The position numbers were made by a program, and so were the translations under genes. A DNA stretch of 64,000 bases from Gammaproteobacteria bacterium (lineage in GTDB: Bacteria; Pseudomonadota; Gammaproteobacteria; Pseudomonadales; Pseudohongiellaceae): the NCBI GenBank assembly GCA_029245395.1, contig JAQWPL010000024.1, forward strand, positions 90,887 to 154,886, written 5' to 3'. The notes under the pieces are model-generated. The model worked only from the letters and a program-made list of their open reading frames with translations. It was not told where the DNA came from and did no database searches. Positions 28,763 through 38,703 of this stretch are shown here, in pieces; within the stretch, counting starts at the first letter, position 1; each line of letters opens with the position of its first letter.

Positions 28763-29362
28763 ATGAATAAAAAATCGAAAAGAGGAACACAAATGCTCAG
28801 TTCTCAACGTTCAATTAATAGATTGCGACGCCTAACATTCGCGCTATGCGGAGGCATCTTGTTGGCGATCAGTAGCGTGCTGCCTGTTGCTGCGCAAGTA
28901 CCGATCACAACGCAGGAAACACTCCTGGACCGTCTGCAAATAGAAGACATGTTGCTCGCCTATTATTATGGCTTTGAGGTGGACGAAGGGCATGACTGGA
29001 CCGCACTGTATACGGACGATGCTGTGCTGGATATAAACGGATTGGTGTATGAAGGGAAAACAGAGATACAAGGGCTATACGACAACTACGGAGAAATCTC
29101 TCCAGAGGAAGACGTGCCTGGTAAGGTCCATGTGCTAATGACCAATCCCCGTATCATCGTCAGTGGCAACACGGCAACAGCGCATATGATCTACACGGAA
29201 ATCATGAATGATACGGTATACCTGGCACCACGCTTGATAGAGCAGGGCCGCGAAGATACTGAATTCAGAAAAATAAATGGCAGCTGGTTTATCACCAAAC
29301 GCCTCATCACCCAGGACGGCGGCTTACCACCGGCTTACTTTGATACTTATAAGCCTCGTTAG
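28763..29362 (+). CDS. Exported SnoaL-like / NTF2 family protein
   Basis: Signal peptide. LDRLQIEDMLLAYYYGFE and WFITKRLI are typical of the SnoaL_4 pattern. Confidence 0.6.
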   Translation: MNKKSKRGTQMLSSQRSINRLRRLTFALCGGILLAISSVLPVAAQVPITTQETLLDRLQIEDMLLAYYYGFEVDEGHDWTALYTDDAVLDINGLVYEGKTEIQGLYDNYGEISPEEDVPGKVHVLMTNPRIIVSGNTATAHMIYTEIMNDTVYLAPRLIEQGREDTEFRKINGSWFITKRLITQDGGLPPAYFDTYKPR

Positions 29363-29370
29363 TGTCATGC

Positions 29371-29520
29371 TTGGGAATCGAACGCGACCTGTATACCTTA
29401 CACTACGAAGCGACTATCGATGATCCCGGCGCATACACAGAGGCCTGGACCGTCGCGATGGATATCAACCGGGATCGGGAAGGAGAACTGATCGAATAAA
29501 TCTGTCAGGAAAACAACTAG
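29371..29520 (+). pseudogene. 3'-terminal fragment of a C-module paralogue
   Basis: Translates to GIERDLYTLHYEATIDDPGAYTEAWTVAMDINRDREGELIE*ICQENN*. This aligns with ERITRIDPDMINYSVTVDDPRTFVSPWTF...EYSCHEGN, but it has no N-terminal part and an internal stop at 29497. Confidence 0.7.
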
Positions 29521-29540
29521 TGGGATGGCAGTAATCGGAA

Positions 29541-29576
29541 CAAATAGGGCAAATAGGGCAAATAGGGTAAGTAGGA
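29541..29576. repeat. 9-bp tandem repeat (CAAATAGGG x3 plus a degenerate unit)
   Basis: Read directly from the sequence, upstream of the 2Fe-2S subunit gene. Confidence 0.8.
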
Positions 29577-29640
29577 CAAAGACAAAATCACGGCAATGAT
29601 AAAATTGTTAACTTATATCACTCTTATATAAGGGGAAGGT

Positions 29641-30177
29641 ATGGCGATCATCAGCTTCACGCTCAATGGGAATGTCGAGACAATAGACGTGGTACCCGAT
29701 ATGCCGCTGTTGTGGGCTCTGCGAGATACCCTGGGGCTTACCGGTACCAAATTCGGTTGCGGGATTGCGCAGTGTGGTGCTTGTACCGTGCATTTGGATG
29801 GCGCGCCTGTACGTTCGTGTGTGCTCCCGGTGACAGCTGTGAATGGCAGGAACATTACCACCATCGAAGGCTTGCCTGCTGACATTGGCTCCTCAGTGCA
29901 GCGTGCCTGGCAGGATGTCGATGTGCCGCAGTGCGGGTATTGTCAATCTGGACAAATCATGTCGGCGACTGCACTGCTCAGTGTCAATGCCAACCCAACA
30001 GATACCGAGATCAATTCGGCCATGAACGGCAACATCTGTCGTTGTGGCACCTATCAGGTCATTCGTGAGGCGATTCATCGTGCAGCTGACTATATTGCGG
30101 ACAATGAACTTGCGAGCAATTCACTTGCAACTAATGCACTTGAGAAAAACGAAGACGAAGCAGGAGGTGCCGTATGA
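29641..30177 (+). CDS. [2Fe-2S]-binding small subunit of a molybdenum hydroxylase (IorA-like)
   Basis: [12 protein letters not shown] and [10 protein letters not shown]...CRCGTY cluster motifs. Confidence 0.9.
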   Translation: MAIISFTLNGNVETIDVVPDMPLLWALRDTLGLTGTKFGCGIAQCGACTVHLDGAPVRSCVLPVTAVNGRNITTIEGLPADIGSSVQRAWQDVDVPQCGYCQSGQIMSATALLSVNANPTDTEINSAMNGNICRCGTYQVIREAIHRAADYIADNELASNSLATNALEKNEDEAGGAV

Positions 30178-32285
30178 ACCATCTTCCTTTCAAGCTGGAT
30201 CGTCGTCAATTTCTGGGTTCCAGTGTCGCGACGGCTGGTGGTCTCTTCCTGGGAACAGTCTGGCACAGCGAACTGTCAGCTCAGTTCGGGCGCCCGGCAC
30301 CGGCAGTTGTTCCTGACGCCTTCATTCATATTGGCGCAGACGATATTGTTACCCTGATAATTCACAAGCCTGAAGTGGGTCAGGGCACTGAAACCTCCAT
30401 TGCTATGCTGTTGGCCGAGGAGCTGGATTGTGATTGGGATAAAGTCCGAACCGTTTTTGCCCCCGTTGATGCTGTATACGGGGCACCTTTTCAGGGGACT
30501 GTCGGAAGCATGGCAATACGTACAAGTTGGATGCCCATGCGAATGACTGGCGCCGCTGGCCGCGAAATGCTGATTCAGGCGGCAGCAACTCAATGGGGTA
30601 TTGATCCTTACCGTTGTCGGACCGGCAATAGTCTGGTCACGGATATAGAGACCAATGAAAGTCTCAGTTATGGCAGCCTGGCCGAAGCCGCTTCAACGCT
30701 TGAAGTACCTGATAATCCTCGCCTGAAGGAGGCCAGTGAATTCAACTTGCTGGGCACTCCGGTTAAACGCCGGGATACCGCTGTCAAAATTAACGGGCAG
30801 GCACAATACGGAATTGATATCAGCCTGCCAGGAATGGTCTATGCGGTGTTGGCCAGATGCCCGGTTCCAGGTGGCACACTGCTGAGTTTTGATGTCAGCG
30901 CTACAAAGGCTGTACCCGGCGTTCTGGATGTCATCGAAGTCCCTCAGGGAGTTGCTGTCATTGCCGATAACACCTGGGCTGCCATTTCCGGTCGCAGGGT
31001 GCTTCAGGTACTGTGGGACGAGGGTGAAAATGCCACACTGAATTCAACCGACATCAGTGCGCACCTACATGAACTGGTGTCGCAGCCGGGTGTAGTGGCA
31101 CTCGATAAGGGTGATGCAGACACAGCCCGGGAAGCCACTGTAAAAACTGTTGAAGCGCGTTATGAAGTGCCTTATCTGGCCCATGCGCCGATGGAACCAC
31201 TCAATAGTGTTGCTAGAGTGAATGCTGAAACCTGTGACGTGTGGACCGGCACCCAAATGCCGGGTATTGCACACCTCTCTGCCGTTCAAGCCTGCGGTTT
31301 GCCCGCAGACCAGGTGAATATCCACTCACAATACGTTGGCGGGGGATTTGGCTCTCGAGGCGGCGGTCCTCTGGTAGCCGAAAGCGTCGAGATTGCCAAA
31401 CAACTTGGTGGCGTGCCGGTCAAGCTGTTATGGACTCGCGAGGATGATCTGCAACATGATCGTTTTCGACCCGTTTCCTGCGTTCAATTTAATGCTGGCG
31501 TCGATGCGTCAGGAATTCCAGTGTCATGGAAGGGAACCGTGGCCTGTTCATCTTTCATGGGTTTGCGCGATGGCATTGATCGGGAATCAATTTCTGGCCT
31601 GGCCGAACTTGCCTATGATTTCCCCTATGTCCATTTCCAATACCATGAGCCGGGTATTACAGTTCCCACCAATTATTGGCGCTCGGTCGGGCTTTCCCAG
31701 AATACGTTCTTTGCCGAAAGCTTTATCGATGAGCTTGCCGTACAGGCAGGCATGGATTCGGTTGACTACCGCAGGACATTGCTTGCCGACAATCCGCGGT
31801 TGTTGGCTGTACTCAATCTGGCAGCGGAAAAGGTTGGCTGGAACGGCCCGCCACCAAATGGCAGGTTTCGAGGCGTTGCCGTGATGAATGGTTTCGGCAG
31901 TTTCAATGCGCAGATTGTTGAAATTTCTCTGGAGGCGGAACAGGTACACGTCCATCGTGTGGTGAGTGCTATTGATTGCGGCAGCGTTATTAATCCTGCA
32001 GGTGTTGTTCAGCAGGTGCAAAGTGCAATTGTGTACGGCTTGAGTGCAGCTTTACGGGGCGAGATCACGTTTGAGCAGGGTCGAGTTCAACAGACCAATT
32101 TGCATCAATATGAGCCACTGCGCTTGAAGGAAATGCCGGTAGTAGAAGTGCATATCGTAGCCAGCGATGCCGCGCCGGGAGGTGTTGGAGAATTAGGAAC
32201 ACCAGCAATCGCTCCGGCAGTAACTAATGCCATTTTCAGCGCTACAGGGAAAAGACTACGTCGGCTTCCAATCGACCTTGCATAA
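30174..32285 (+). CDS. Molybdopterin-binding large subunit (IorB-like), Tat signal
   Basis: ATGA overlap with the small subunit gene; [15 protein letters not shown]; [11 protein letters not shown]; [28 protein letters not shown]. Confidence 0.9.
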   Translation: MNHLPFKLDRRQFLGSSVATAGGLFLGTVWHSELSAQFGRPAPAVVPDAFIHIGADDIVTLIIHKPEVGQGTETSIAMLLAEELDCDWDKVRTVFAPVDAVYGAPFQGTVGSMAIRTSWMPMRMTGAAGREMLIQAAATQWGIDPYRCRTGNSLVTDIETNESLSYGSLAEAASTLEVPDNPRLKEASEFNLLGTPVKRRDTAVKINGQAQYGIDISLPGMVYAVLARCPVPGGTLLSFDVSATKAVPGVLDVIEVPQGVAVIADNTWAAISGRRVLQVLWDEGENATLNSTDISAHLHELVSQPGVVALDKGDADTAREATVKTVEARYEVPYLAHAPMEPLNSVARVNAETCDVWTGTQMPGIAHLSAVQACGLPADQVNIHSQYVGGGFGSRGGGPLVAESVEIAKQLGGVPVKLLWTREDDLQHDRFRPVSCVQFNAGVDASGIPVSWKGTVACSSFMGLRDGIDRESISGLAELAYDFPYVHFQYHEPGITVPTNYWRSVGLSQNTFFAESFIDELAVQAGMDSVDYRRTLLADNPRLLAVLNLAAEKVGWNGPPPNGRFRGVAVMNGFGSFNAQIVEISLEAEQVHVHRVVSAIDCGSVINPAGVVQQVQSAIVYGLSAALRGEITFEQGRVQQTNLHQYEPLRLKEMPVVEVHIVASDAAPGGVGELGTPAIAPAVTNAIFSATGKRLRRLPIDLA

Positions 32286-32290
32286 CGAAT

Positions 32291-32335
32291 AAAAGGGGAC
32301 AGTGACTTTTTTAAGAAAAGTCACTGTCCCCTTTT
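32291..32335. terminator. 20-bp perfect inverted repeat, probable bidirectional terminator
   Basis: AAAAGGGGACAGTGACTTTT (32291-32310), loop TTAAG, AAAAGTCACTGTCCCCTTTT (32316-32335), between convergent ORFs. The core resembles the REP-like motif. Confidence 0.65.
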
Positions 32336-32551
32336 ACTGTATTTATATTCTACTAATTCAAAACTGCCTTCGGTTCTTTCTGCTACTTCCAGCATAACTT
32401 CGATAAAGCGATAAGCAGTGGTTCGATATCGTTCTGGTTGTGAAAAATAGACAGGAAACATTTTTGTATGGATACGAATATCAGGTGCCAAATTACTTAT
32501 TATTTGAGCTGCGTCCATGGGAGAGCCAAATTTTGGGGGATTAAGCTGCAT
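32321..32551 (-). CDS. Hypothetical small protein, possibly a gene remnant
   Basis: 76-aa ORF with no recognisable motif. Its last codons lie inside the palindrome arm. Confidence 0.3.
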   Translation of the reverse strand: MQLNPPKFGSPMDAAQIISNLAPDIRIHTKMFPVYFSQPERYRTTAYRFIEVMLEVAERTEGSFELVEYKYSKRGQ

Positions 32552-32575
32552 CAGTTTAGGGGTTGCTCCTGCTCA

Positions 32576-32869
32576 TCATAAACGACGATCTCTTACCTGT
32601 ACGGATGCAATCTCAGAGCCATCGTGATGATAATAGCGGGAGTCTGCACCAACTCTGGCCCCTCGTTGAATTACGGAAGCTTCAAGGCTAAGCCGCTGCA
32701 GTTGACGGACACTGTTCGGGGTCACGAATATGCCGGCTCCCACCTCGCCAAGTTTCGGTGCCTGCTCGTAGACTGTTACATCTAGCCCCTGCGAGATGAG
32801 CGCATTTGCGGTAAACAGCCCTCCGATGCCTCCCCCGACTATGGCTACCCGAAGCGGTTCACTCTTCAT
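32576..32869 (-). pseudogene. Truncated FAD-dependent aromatic monooxygenase (N-terminal ~100 aa only)
   Basis: LRVAIVGGGIGGLFTANAL...VYEQAP..GEVGAGI is the Rossmann N-terminus of salicylate/3-hydroxybenzoate hydroxylase-type enzymes, which are normally about 380-400 aa. The ORF stops after about 97 codons. Confidence 0.6.
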
Positions 32870-33143
32870 TTCTTCCCCTTTATATGTCGTTGTCACTTGT
32901 TGAAACTTTCTGCCAGCAATGAGTAATCAGGTGATAATCATTTCACGAAATCCAATTCCATACTATGTGGCCCTGATTTCCATCTGAAATTGTTCAAAAA
33001 ACAGTTGGGCCCTAGTATAAATTCAATCCTGGTCTTGGTGATCTCGAAGAATTTTTGCCAATCGGGACGTCACCAGGGTCTTTGACGCTCTTCGATTGTG
33101 ATATAACAGGCCTGAATGGGATAGGCGAGGAAGTAAAAACACC

Positions 33144-33896
33144 ATGAATGAAAAAGACAGAGTAATCAATGATCTGGTAATTGCAAACCGCATCCTTGCC
33201 AGGGAGGAGGTGGTTGACGCCTATGGCCATATCTCTATTCGCAATCCGGATAATCCCAATACCTTTTTCATTGCCAGATCACTGGCACCGCAGCTGGTAA
33301 CAGCTGACGATATCGTTGAGCTGGATTTGGATGGAAATCCTGTCAATGACGAGGCGCGCCCTCTTTACCTTGAAAGGTTTATCCATGCGGCCATACTGAA
33401 AGCCCGGCCTGAGATGCATTCGACCGTCCATGCCCATGCGGAAGATATCCTGCCATTTGGTATTGCAAATGGCATACCCCTGCGCCCGGTAATTCATTCC
33501 GGCAGCTTTATAGGAGCCAATGTGCCTGTGTGGGATATCGCTGATAACTTTGGTGACACAAATTTACTGGTAACGAACATGGATCAGGCTGACGATCTGG
33601 CCAGGACCCTGGCAAATAACAATGTCGCATTGATGAGGGGGCATGGCTTTGTCTCTGCTGCCCGTTCACTGATTGAAGCTGTACGCATGTCGGTCTATTT
33701 ACCAAGAAATGCCCGCGTGCTATCTCGTGCAGTTCATCTGGGCGGGGATATCAAGTTTTTGTCTCAGGGTGAAATTGATGCAAGGAATCAGGGTTATAAA
33801 CCCTATTCGCCAGAAACATGGCGTACCTGGGAATATTGGGCCATCAAATGTGACTGTGGTCATATGCTGGTGAAACCCGATGAAAATAACGAATAG
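33144..33896 (+). CDS. Class II aldolase/adducin family protein
   Basis: AYGHISIR, HSTVHAHAEDILPF, LMRGHGFVSAARSL. Confidence 0.8.
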   Translation: MNEKDRVINDLVIANRILAREEVVDAYGHISIRNPDNPNTFFIARSLAPQLVTADDIVELDLDGNPVNDEARPLYLERFIHAAILKARPEMHSTVHAHAEDILPFGIANGIPLRPVIHSGSFIGANVPVWDIADNFGDTNLLVTNMDQADDLARTLANNNVALMRGHGFVSAARSLIEAVRMSVYLPRNARVLSRAVHLGGDIKFLSQGEIDARNQGYKPYSPETWRTWEYWAIKCDCGHMLVKPDENNE

Positions 33897-33967
33897 GAAC
33901 GCGGCAGGAAAAGCTCCATTATCCTGACTCGCGCCGGAACAAAAAGACAATTTACAGGGAACCTTAA

Positions 33968-34951
33968 ATGTTAAAACTATCTTTTGCCTGCGGCCCCTAC
34001 GATAGAACGGAAGCATTGCAATACAAGCGAATAGACGTAGAGGGGATTGACCTAGATTATCTGGAAATCCAGGTCCCACGACAGATTTTTGATCGGATGG
34101 TGGGCGAAAGGGCCTTTGATATGTCCGAACTGTCTCTTTCAGAATATATAGTGATGACTTGCAAAGGTAATAGTCCCTTTGTTGCCCTTCCGGTGTTTCC
34201 GTCAAAATCCTTTCGCCATGGATTTATCACCATCAATGCAAAATCGGGGATCAAAGCGCCCGGGGATCTGGCCGGAAAACGCATTGGCGTTCCTCTTTAT
34301 ACCATGACGGCGGCTATCTGGATTCGTGGTGATCTTCAGAATATCTATGGTGTTGATTTGTCCGATGTCCAATGGATACAAGGCGCCGTCGAAAAACCCG
34401 GCGCACATGGCAACCCCCCCAATGTACCCGTTTTGCTGCAACCGGCGAACATAGTTCAGAACACTTCTGACAAGTCCCTGTCCGAAATGCTCAGGGACGG
34501 GGAAATAGATGCCCTGATTGGTTCTCGGTTGCCCGAAACCATACGCACAGATCCGGACAAGGTAACGCGTTTGTTTCCAAACCCCCGCGAAGAGGAAAAA
34601 CGTTATTACCTTGAACATCATATCCACCCGATCATGCATACGGTCGTCATTCAGCGGAAAATCTATGAAGAGAATAGATGGATTGCCCCCACTCTGTTCA
34701 AGGCTTTCGAGGAAGCAAGAAACTGGGCCATGGAAAGAATGTATTTTTCTGCCGCCCAGCGCTACATGCTGCCTTGGCTATTTGATGACCTGCATGAGGT
34801 TGATGCTGTTTTCGGTAAGGATCTTTGGGCCTATGGCGTGGAAAAAAATCGCTCTACCCTGGAAGCCTTGGTCAACTATATGCAACAACAGCATTTTATC
34901 GAGGAAATAGTGTCGGTTGATGATCTGTTTGTTCCAATACAGGAGTTATGA
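33968..34951 (+). CDS. PhtD-like (4,5-dihydroxyphthalate decarboxylase family) cytoplasmic PBP2-fold protein
   Basis: MLKLSFACGPYDRTEALQYKRIDVEGIDLDYLEIQVPRQIFDRMVGERAFDMSELSLSEY matches my recollection of the PhtD N-terminus. No signal peptide. Confidence 0.55.
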   Translation: MLKLSFACGPYDRTEALQYKRIDVEGIDLDYLEIQVPRQIFDRMVGERAFDMSELSLSEYIVMTCKGNSPFVALPVFPSKSFRHGFITINAKSGIKAPGDLAGKRIGVPLYTMTAAIWIRGDLQNIYGVDLSDVQWIQGAVEKPGAHGNPPNVPVLLQPANIVQNTSDKSLSEMLRDGEIDALIGSRLPETIRTDPDKVTRLFPNPREEEKRYYLEHHIHPIMHTVVIQRKIYEENRWIAPTLFKAFEEARNWAMERMYFSAAQRYMLPWLFDDLHEVDAVFGKDLWAYGVEKNRSTLEALVNYMQQQHFIEEIVSVDDLFVPIQEL

Positions 34952-35083
34952 GGTCAATGGTGAATTCTCGGACAGCGGACATATCAGGTACGATGGATTT
35001 TTCCAACGCCAATGCATGGATGCAGTTTGCAAAAGCTAATCTAATTAACGTAACTTGATAAGCCATTGGAGAAGAGGCAAAAA

Positions 35084-36052
35084 ATGCGGCAATGGTTGTT
35101 AGCAGCAGGTGTAATGATTCTCTCTGCGGGATGTTCTGAAAGTAACGAAGGGCAATTCCCCCGGGAAAATATTTCTATCATCATTCCTTACGGACCCGGC
35201 GGTGGTTTTGATACCACGGTGCGTGTGTTCGCCCCCTATTTTGCGGCACAGCTCGGTGACCAAGTGAATGTGCTGCCACAAAATATGCCGGGCACCGGTG
35301 GCAGACGCGGCACTGCAAGTGTCTTTCGGGCTGACCCGGATGGATACACGCTGGGAATACTCAATATGCCTGGTCTGGTTTTGCCGAGCATACTTGGCGA
35401 AACAGTAGATTATGACCTGCGTCAGATGAGTTGGATAGGGCGCATTGAGTCACAGGACTTTGTGTTATTGGTTCAGGCTGACTCAGACATCCATTCGATA
35501 GAGGATCTTCAGGCCCAGGACCGGATCACCTTTGTTTCTATAGGCTACGGCGCTACTGTATTGGCCGCTATACAAATCATCGCCGAGCAACTTGGCCTGA
35601 TGAACAGGGACCCGATATTTCTAACCGGCTATGAAGGAACCACTGATCAATTGGTGGCATTGGTACGCGGTGATGGAAATGCCACCCTGTCGCCGGTCTC
35701 CACAGCCCTGCAATACATAGAGTCCGGCAATCTGCGGCCAATTGCTGTTACCGGAGAAAATCGCAGCAGCGTACTTGCAGACGTACCCACTTTTGTTGAA
35801 CTTGGCTATCCGGATTTGTCACAGCTGAATGTACAACGCTTGTTGGCGGGGCCGCCCGGTTTGGACTCAGCGATAATGGCCTTGTTGCGCGATGCATTTT
35901 TGCGGGCCATAGATGACCCTGAATTCAAATCCGCTGCTGCCACCGCACAAATGGATGTAGCGCCTCTTGATGGCGAATTGGCCGCGGTCGAGGTTGATGC
36001 GAATTTCAATTTCTACGAAAAGTTTAAAAGCAATCTGGCCAATCCCAATTAA
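35084..36052 (+). CDS. tctC: Tripartite tricarboxylate transporter substrate-binding lipoprotein (TctC/Bug family)
   Basis: Lipobox LSAGC; IIIPYGPGGGFDTTVR motif. Confidence 0.8.
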   Translation: MRQWLLAAGVMILSAGCSESNEGQFPRENISIIIPYGPGGGFDTTVRVFAPYFAAQLGDQVNVLPQNMPGTGGRRGTASVFRADPDGYTLGILNMPGLVLPSILGETVDYDLRQMSWIGRIESQDFVLLVQADSDIHSIEDLQAQDRITFVSIGYGATVLAAIQIIAEQLGLMNRDPIFLTGYEGTTDQLVALVRGDGNATLSPVSTALQYIESGNLRPIAVTGENRSSVLADVPTFVELGYPDLSQLNVQRLLAGPPGLDSAIMALLRDAFLRAIDDPEFKSAAATAQMDVAPLDGELAAVEVDANFNFYEKFKSNLANPN

Positions 36053-36082
36053 CACCAATGAATTTCAGAGCCGGCCCTGTTC

Positions 36083-37579
36083 ATGTTTGAGCCTTTAATA
36101 ACTGCCATCATGTTTCTGTTTAGTGATGGTCTTAACTTCTTCTATTTGATCCTGGGTGTAAGTGTTGGCATTTTGTTTGGCATTATTCCTGGCCTCGGTG
36201 GTGTTACAGCGATAGCCCTGTTATTGCCCTTGACCTTCGGCATGTCCCCCGAACAGGCGTTAATACTCATGGGTGGCGTAATGGGTGCTGTCTCTGCCGG
36301 CGGGGCGGTAACGGCAATTCTGCTCAATACACCCGGTACAGCGCCGAATGCCGCGACCTGTTTTGACGGTTATCCCCTGACTCAGCAAGGCAAGGCTGGG
36401 CTGGCAATTGGTGCCGCTGCATCCGCATCAGCCATAGGCGGCACCTTTGGATTATTCATCCTTGTCCTGGTGCTTCCCATAGCGAAAACTATCGTTTTAT
36501 GGTTTGGCCCGCCGGCTTTTTTTATGTTGGCATTATTGGGATTGACGTCATTGACCGTATCAAGCGGAAATATGTTGCGGGGACTTATTGCCGGCTGTTT
36601 GGGGTTGTTTGTTGGCTTTGTTGGCTACGACGAGATTGGTGGAACAGCGCGCTATACCGGAGGAAGCGACTATTTATGGAATGGTCTCTCCATCGTACCG
36701 GTACTGATCGGACTCTTTGCCATCGCCGAGATGATCTCATTGTTTGTTAAAGGGGGAACGATCACAACGCAAGGATCACAATCCAGCATTCGCTTTTCCG
36801 ACACAATCCAGGGCGTCAAGGCCACATTGAAAAATTACAAGATTGTCATGTGCGGCTCAGGAATCGGCGCGCTTATCGGCGCAATACCCGGTGTAGGAGG
36901 AGTCGTTGCCTCATTCATGTCCTATTCATTTGCTTCGCAAATTACCAAAGATAATGAAAATTTTGGCAAAGGGGATATCCGTGGTGTGATTGCCTCTGAG
37001 TCTGCAAACAATGCCAAGGATGGCGGGGGGCTGATTCCCACGCTGGCATTCGGGGTCCCCGGAAGCGCTGAGATGGCAGTATTTCTTGGCGTGCTGATAT
37101 TGCATGGCCTGAATCCCGGTCCGCTGCTGCTGATTGAACGTGAATACACGATTTTTGTCTTGATCCTTACTCTGCTTGGCGCAACCATTCTCAGCGCTGT
37201 GTTCATCTGTATCGCAGCATTTTATCTGGTCAGAATAGCTTATATAGATTCCTCCATTCTCATTCCTTCAGTGATATCCGTATCACTCGTGGGTGCATAC
37301 GCGGTTAATAATACGTTAGGGGATGTGTTTACAGCGGCATTCTTCGGTCTGCTGGGTTATTTGATGATACGTTTTGATTATCCCAGAATTACCCTGATTA
37401 TTGCGCTGGTGTTATGTAGCCTGATGGAGCGCAACTATACCCAGTCAATGATCATGTTTCAGGGGGACTGGACCGGATTTTTCCGTGATAACACGGCCGT
37501 GGTGTTGCTACTGTGTTCTGTTGTCGCCTTGTCAATCCCGGCATTTCAATCAATACGCAAGAAAAAGGGGTATGGATAA
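36083..37579 (+). CDS. tctA: Tripartite tricarboxylate transporter large permease
   Basis: About 500 aa polytopic protein; GIIPGLGGVTAIALLLP and GAIPGVGGVVASFMSY motifs. Confidence 0.85.
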   Translation: MFEPLITAIMFLFSDGLNFFYLILGVSVGILFGIIPGLGGVTAIALLLPLTFGMSPEQALILMGGVMGAVSAGGAVTAILLNTPGTAPNAATCFDGYPLTQQGKAGLAIGAAASASAIGGTFGLFILVLVLPIAKTIVLWFGPPAFFMLALLGLTSLTVSSGNMLRGLIAGCLGLFVGFVGYDEIGGTARYTGGSDYLWNGLSIVPVLIGLFAIAEMISLFVKGGTITTQGSQSSIRFSDTIQGVKATLKNYKIVMCGSGIGALIGAIPGVGGVVASFMSYSFASQITKDNENFGKGDIRGVIASESANNAKDGGGLIPTLAFGVPGSAEMAVFLGVLILHGLNPGPLLLIEREYTIFVLILTLLGATILSAVFICIAAFYLVRIAYIDSSILIPSVISVSLVGAYAVNNTLGDVFTAAFFGLLGYLMIRFDYPRITLIIALVLCSLMERNYTQSMIMFQGDWTGFFRDNTAVVLLLCSVVALSIPAFQSIRKKKGYG

Positions 37580-38058
37580 TGGAGCGATCCGGAAAGTTAC
37601 CATCCTCTTTGATTGTCGCCCTGGTGATGTTGATCACCGCAATCTTGATGTTAATCACCGCCTATAGCTACAGTGGCGGCAGCGGTATCTTTCCAAGGTT
37701 TATCGGCTGGATATTCATCGCTTTGACCATGACAGAATGTCTGGTGCAATTAAAGGCAGTTATGTTGTTACCCGCCACTGAAACGAAATACTTGGTCCCG
37801 GTTGCTGATTTGTTCACGGACAAAGTACTGAAGGAAATAAAAGGCTTTCTCTGGATTGGCCTTTTCCTGATGCTGCTGTATTTAACAGGTTTTCTGATTA
37901 CCGTCCCGCTCTATGTATTCGCTTTCTTGCGGCTGTCGGCAGAAAAATCCTTTAAACAATGCACGATCATGGCGGCGCTTGCTGCCCTGTCTATCTATAT
38001 ACTGTTTGTCGTATTGCTCCAATACCGATTATTTCAGGGCTTACTGTTCGGCGCCTGA
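37579..38058 (+). CDS. tctB: Tripartite tricarboxylate transporter small permease
   Basis: TAATG overlap with tctA; four hydrophobic segments; about 160 aa. Confidence 0.65.
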   Translation: MERSGKLPSSLIVALVMLITAILMLITAYSYSGGSGIFPRFIGWIFIALTMTECLVQLKAVMLLPATETKYLVPVADLFTDKVLKEIKGFLWIGLFLMLLYLTGFLITVPLYVFAFLRLSAEKSFKQCTIMAALAALSIYILFVVLLQYRLFQGLLFGA

Positions 38059-38102
38059 GTTTGATAGTGGCAAGACAAAAAAGCTTCGACATGGCTCCGT
38101 TT

Positions 38103-38520
38103 TGACTGGACTTCCCAGCCTTTGCTAGACACCAAATAGCGTTAAAATGTAACTCTATGAGAGGTGTTTATGAAAGGCAAGCGATACACAGAAGAATTTA
38201 AAATCGAAGCAGTAAAACAAGTGACTGACCGAGGTTATTCGGTAGCCGATGTCGCACAGCGACTCGGCACCACCACCCACAGCCTGTATGCCTGGCTAAA
38301 GAAATATGGCCAGCCAAACCCCCGGCAAGCGGATAAGTCTGAAATAGAAGCTGAGAATGCTCGGCTCAAGGCAGATTTGCGACGCATGACCGAGGAGCGC
38401 GACATTCTAAAAAAGGCCGCCGCGTACTTTGCCAACGACCCCGGGTAAAGTACGTTTTTATTCGTGATCATCGGCATGAGTTTTCCATTGAGGCCATGTG
38501 CCGTGTTTTTAATTTGAGTG
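38103..38520 (+). mobile_element. IS3-family insertion sequence remnant (left end, orfA, first ~25 codons of orfB)
   Basis: TGACTGGACTTCCC left end is IS3-like. An orfA follows. After the orfA stop another frame reads KYVFIRDHRHEFSIEAMCRVFNLSG (orfB N-terminus) and then similarity stops. Confidence 0.75.
38164..38448 (+). CDS. IS3 family transposase OrfA (HTH)
   Basis: MKGKRYTEEFKIEAVKQVTDRGYSVADVAQRLGTTTHSLYAWLKKYG plus a leucine-zipper-like tail. Confidence 0.85.
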   Translation: MFMKGKRYTEEFKIEAVKQVTDRGYSVADVAQRLGTTTHSLYAWLKKYGQPNPRQADKSEIEAENARLKADLRRMTEERDILKKAAAYFANDPG

Positions 38521-38703
38521 GATGTCCTATTTAAAATTTTAATCCATCATTTGATTAGGGGTAAAACAAGGAATCAAGGGGAACCAGCTACCAGTATGCT
38601 GTTGATGTGTGGACTCGTTACTGTTGCAGGTTTATGCTCCCTTTTATACCTGTATTAATAGAGTAGACGGCAAGAAATGTACGTTGATTTAATAACGGAG
38701 AAA

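Noticed and set aside
33720-34205. 161-aa minus-strand ORF spanning the aldolase/PhtD-like junction
   Set aside because: It overlaps two well-supported plus-strand genes, and its composition looks like antisense translation.
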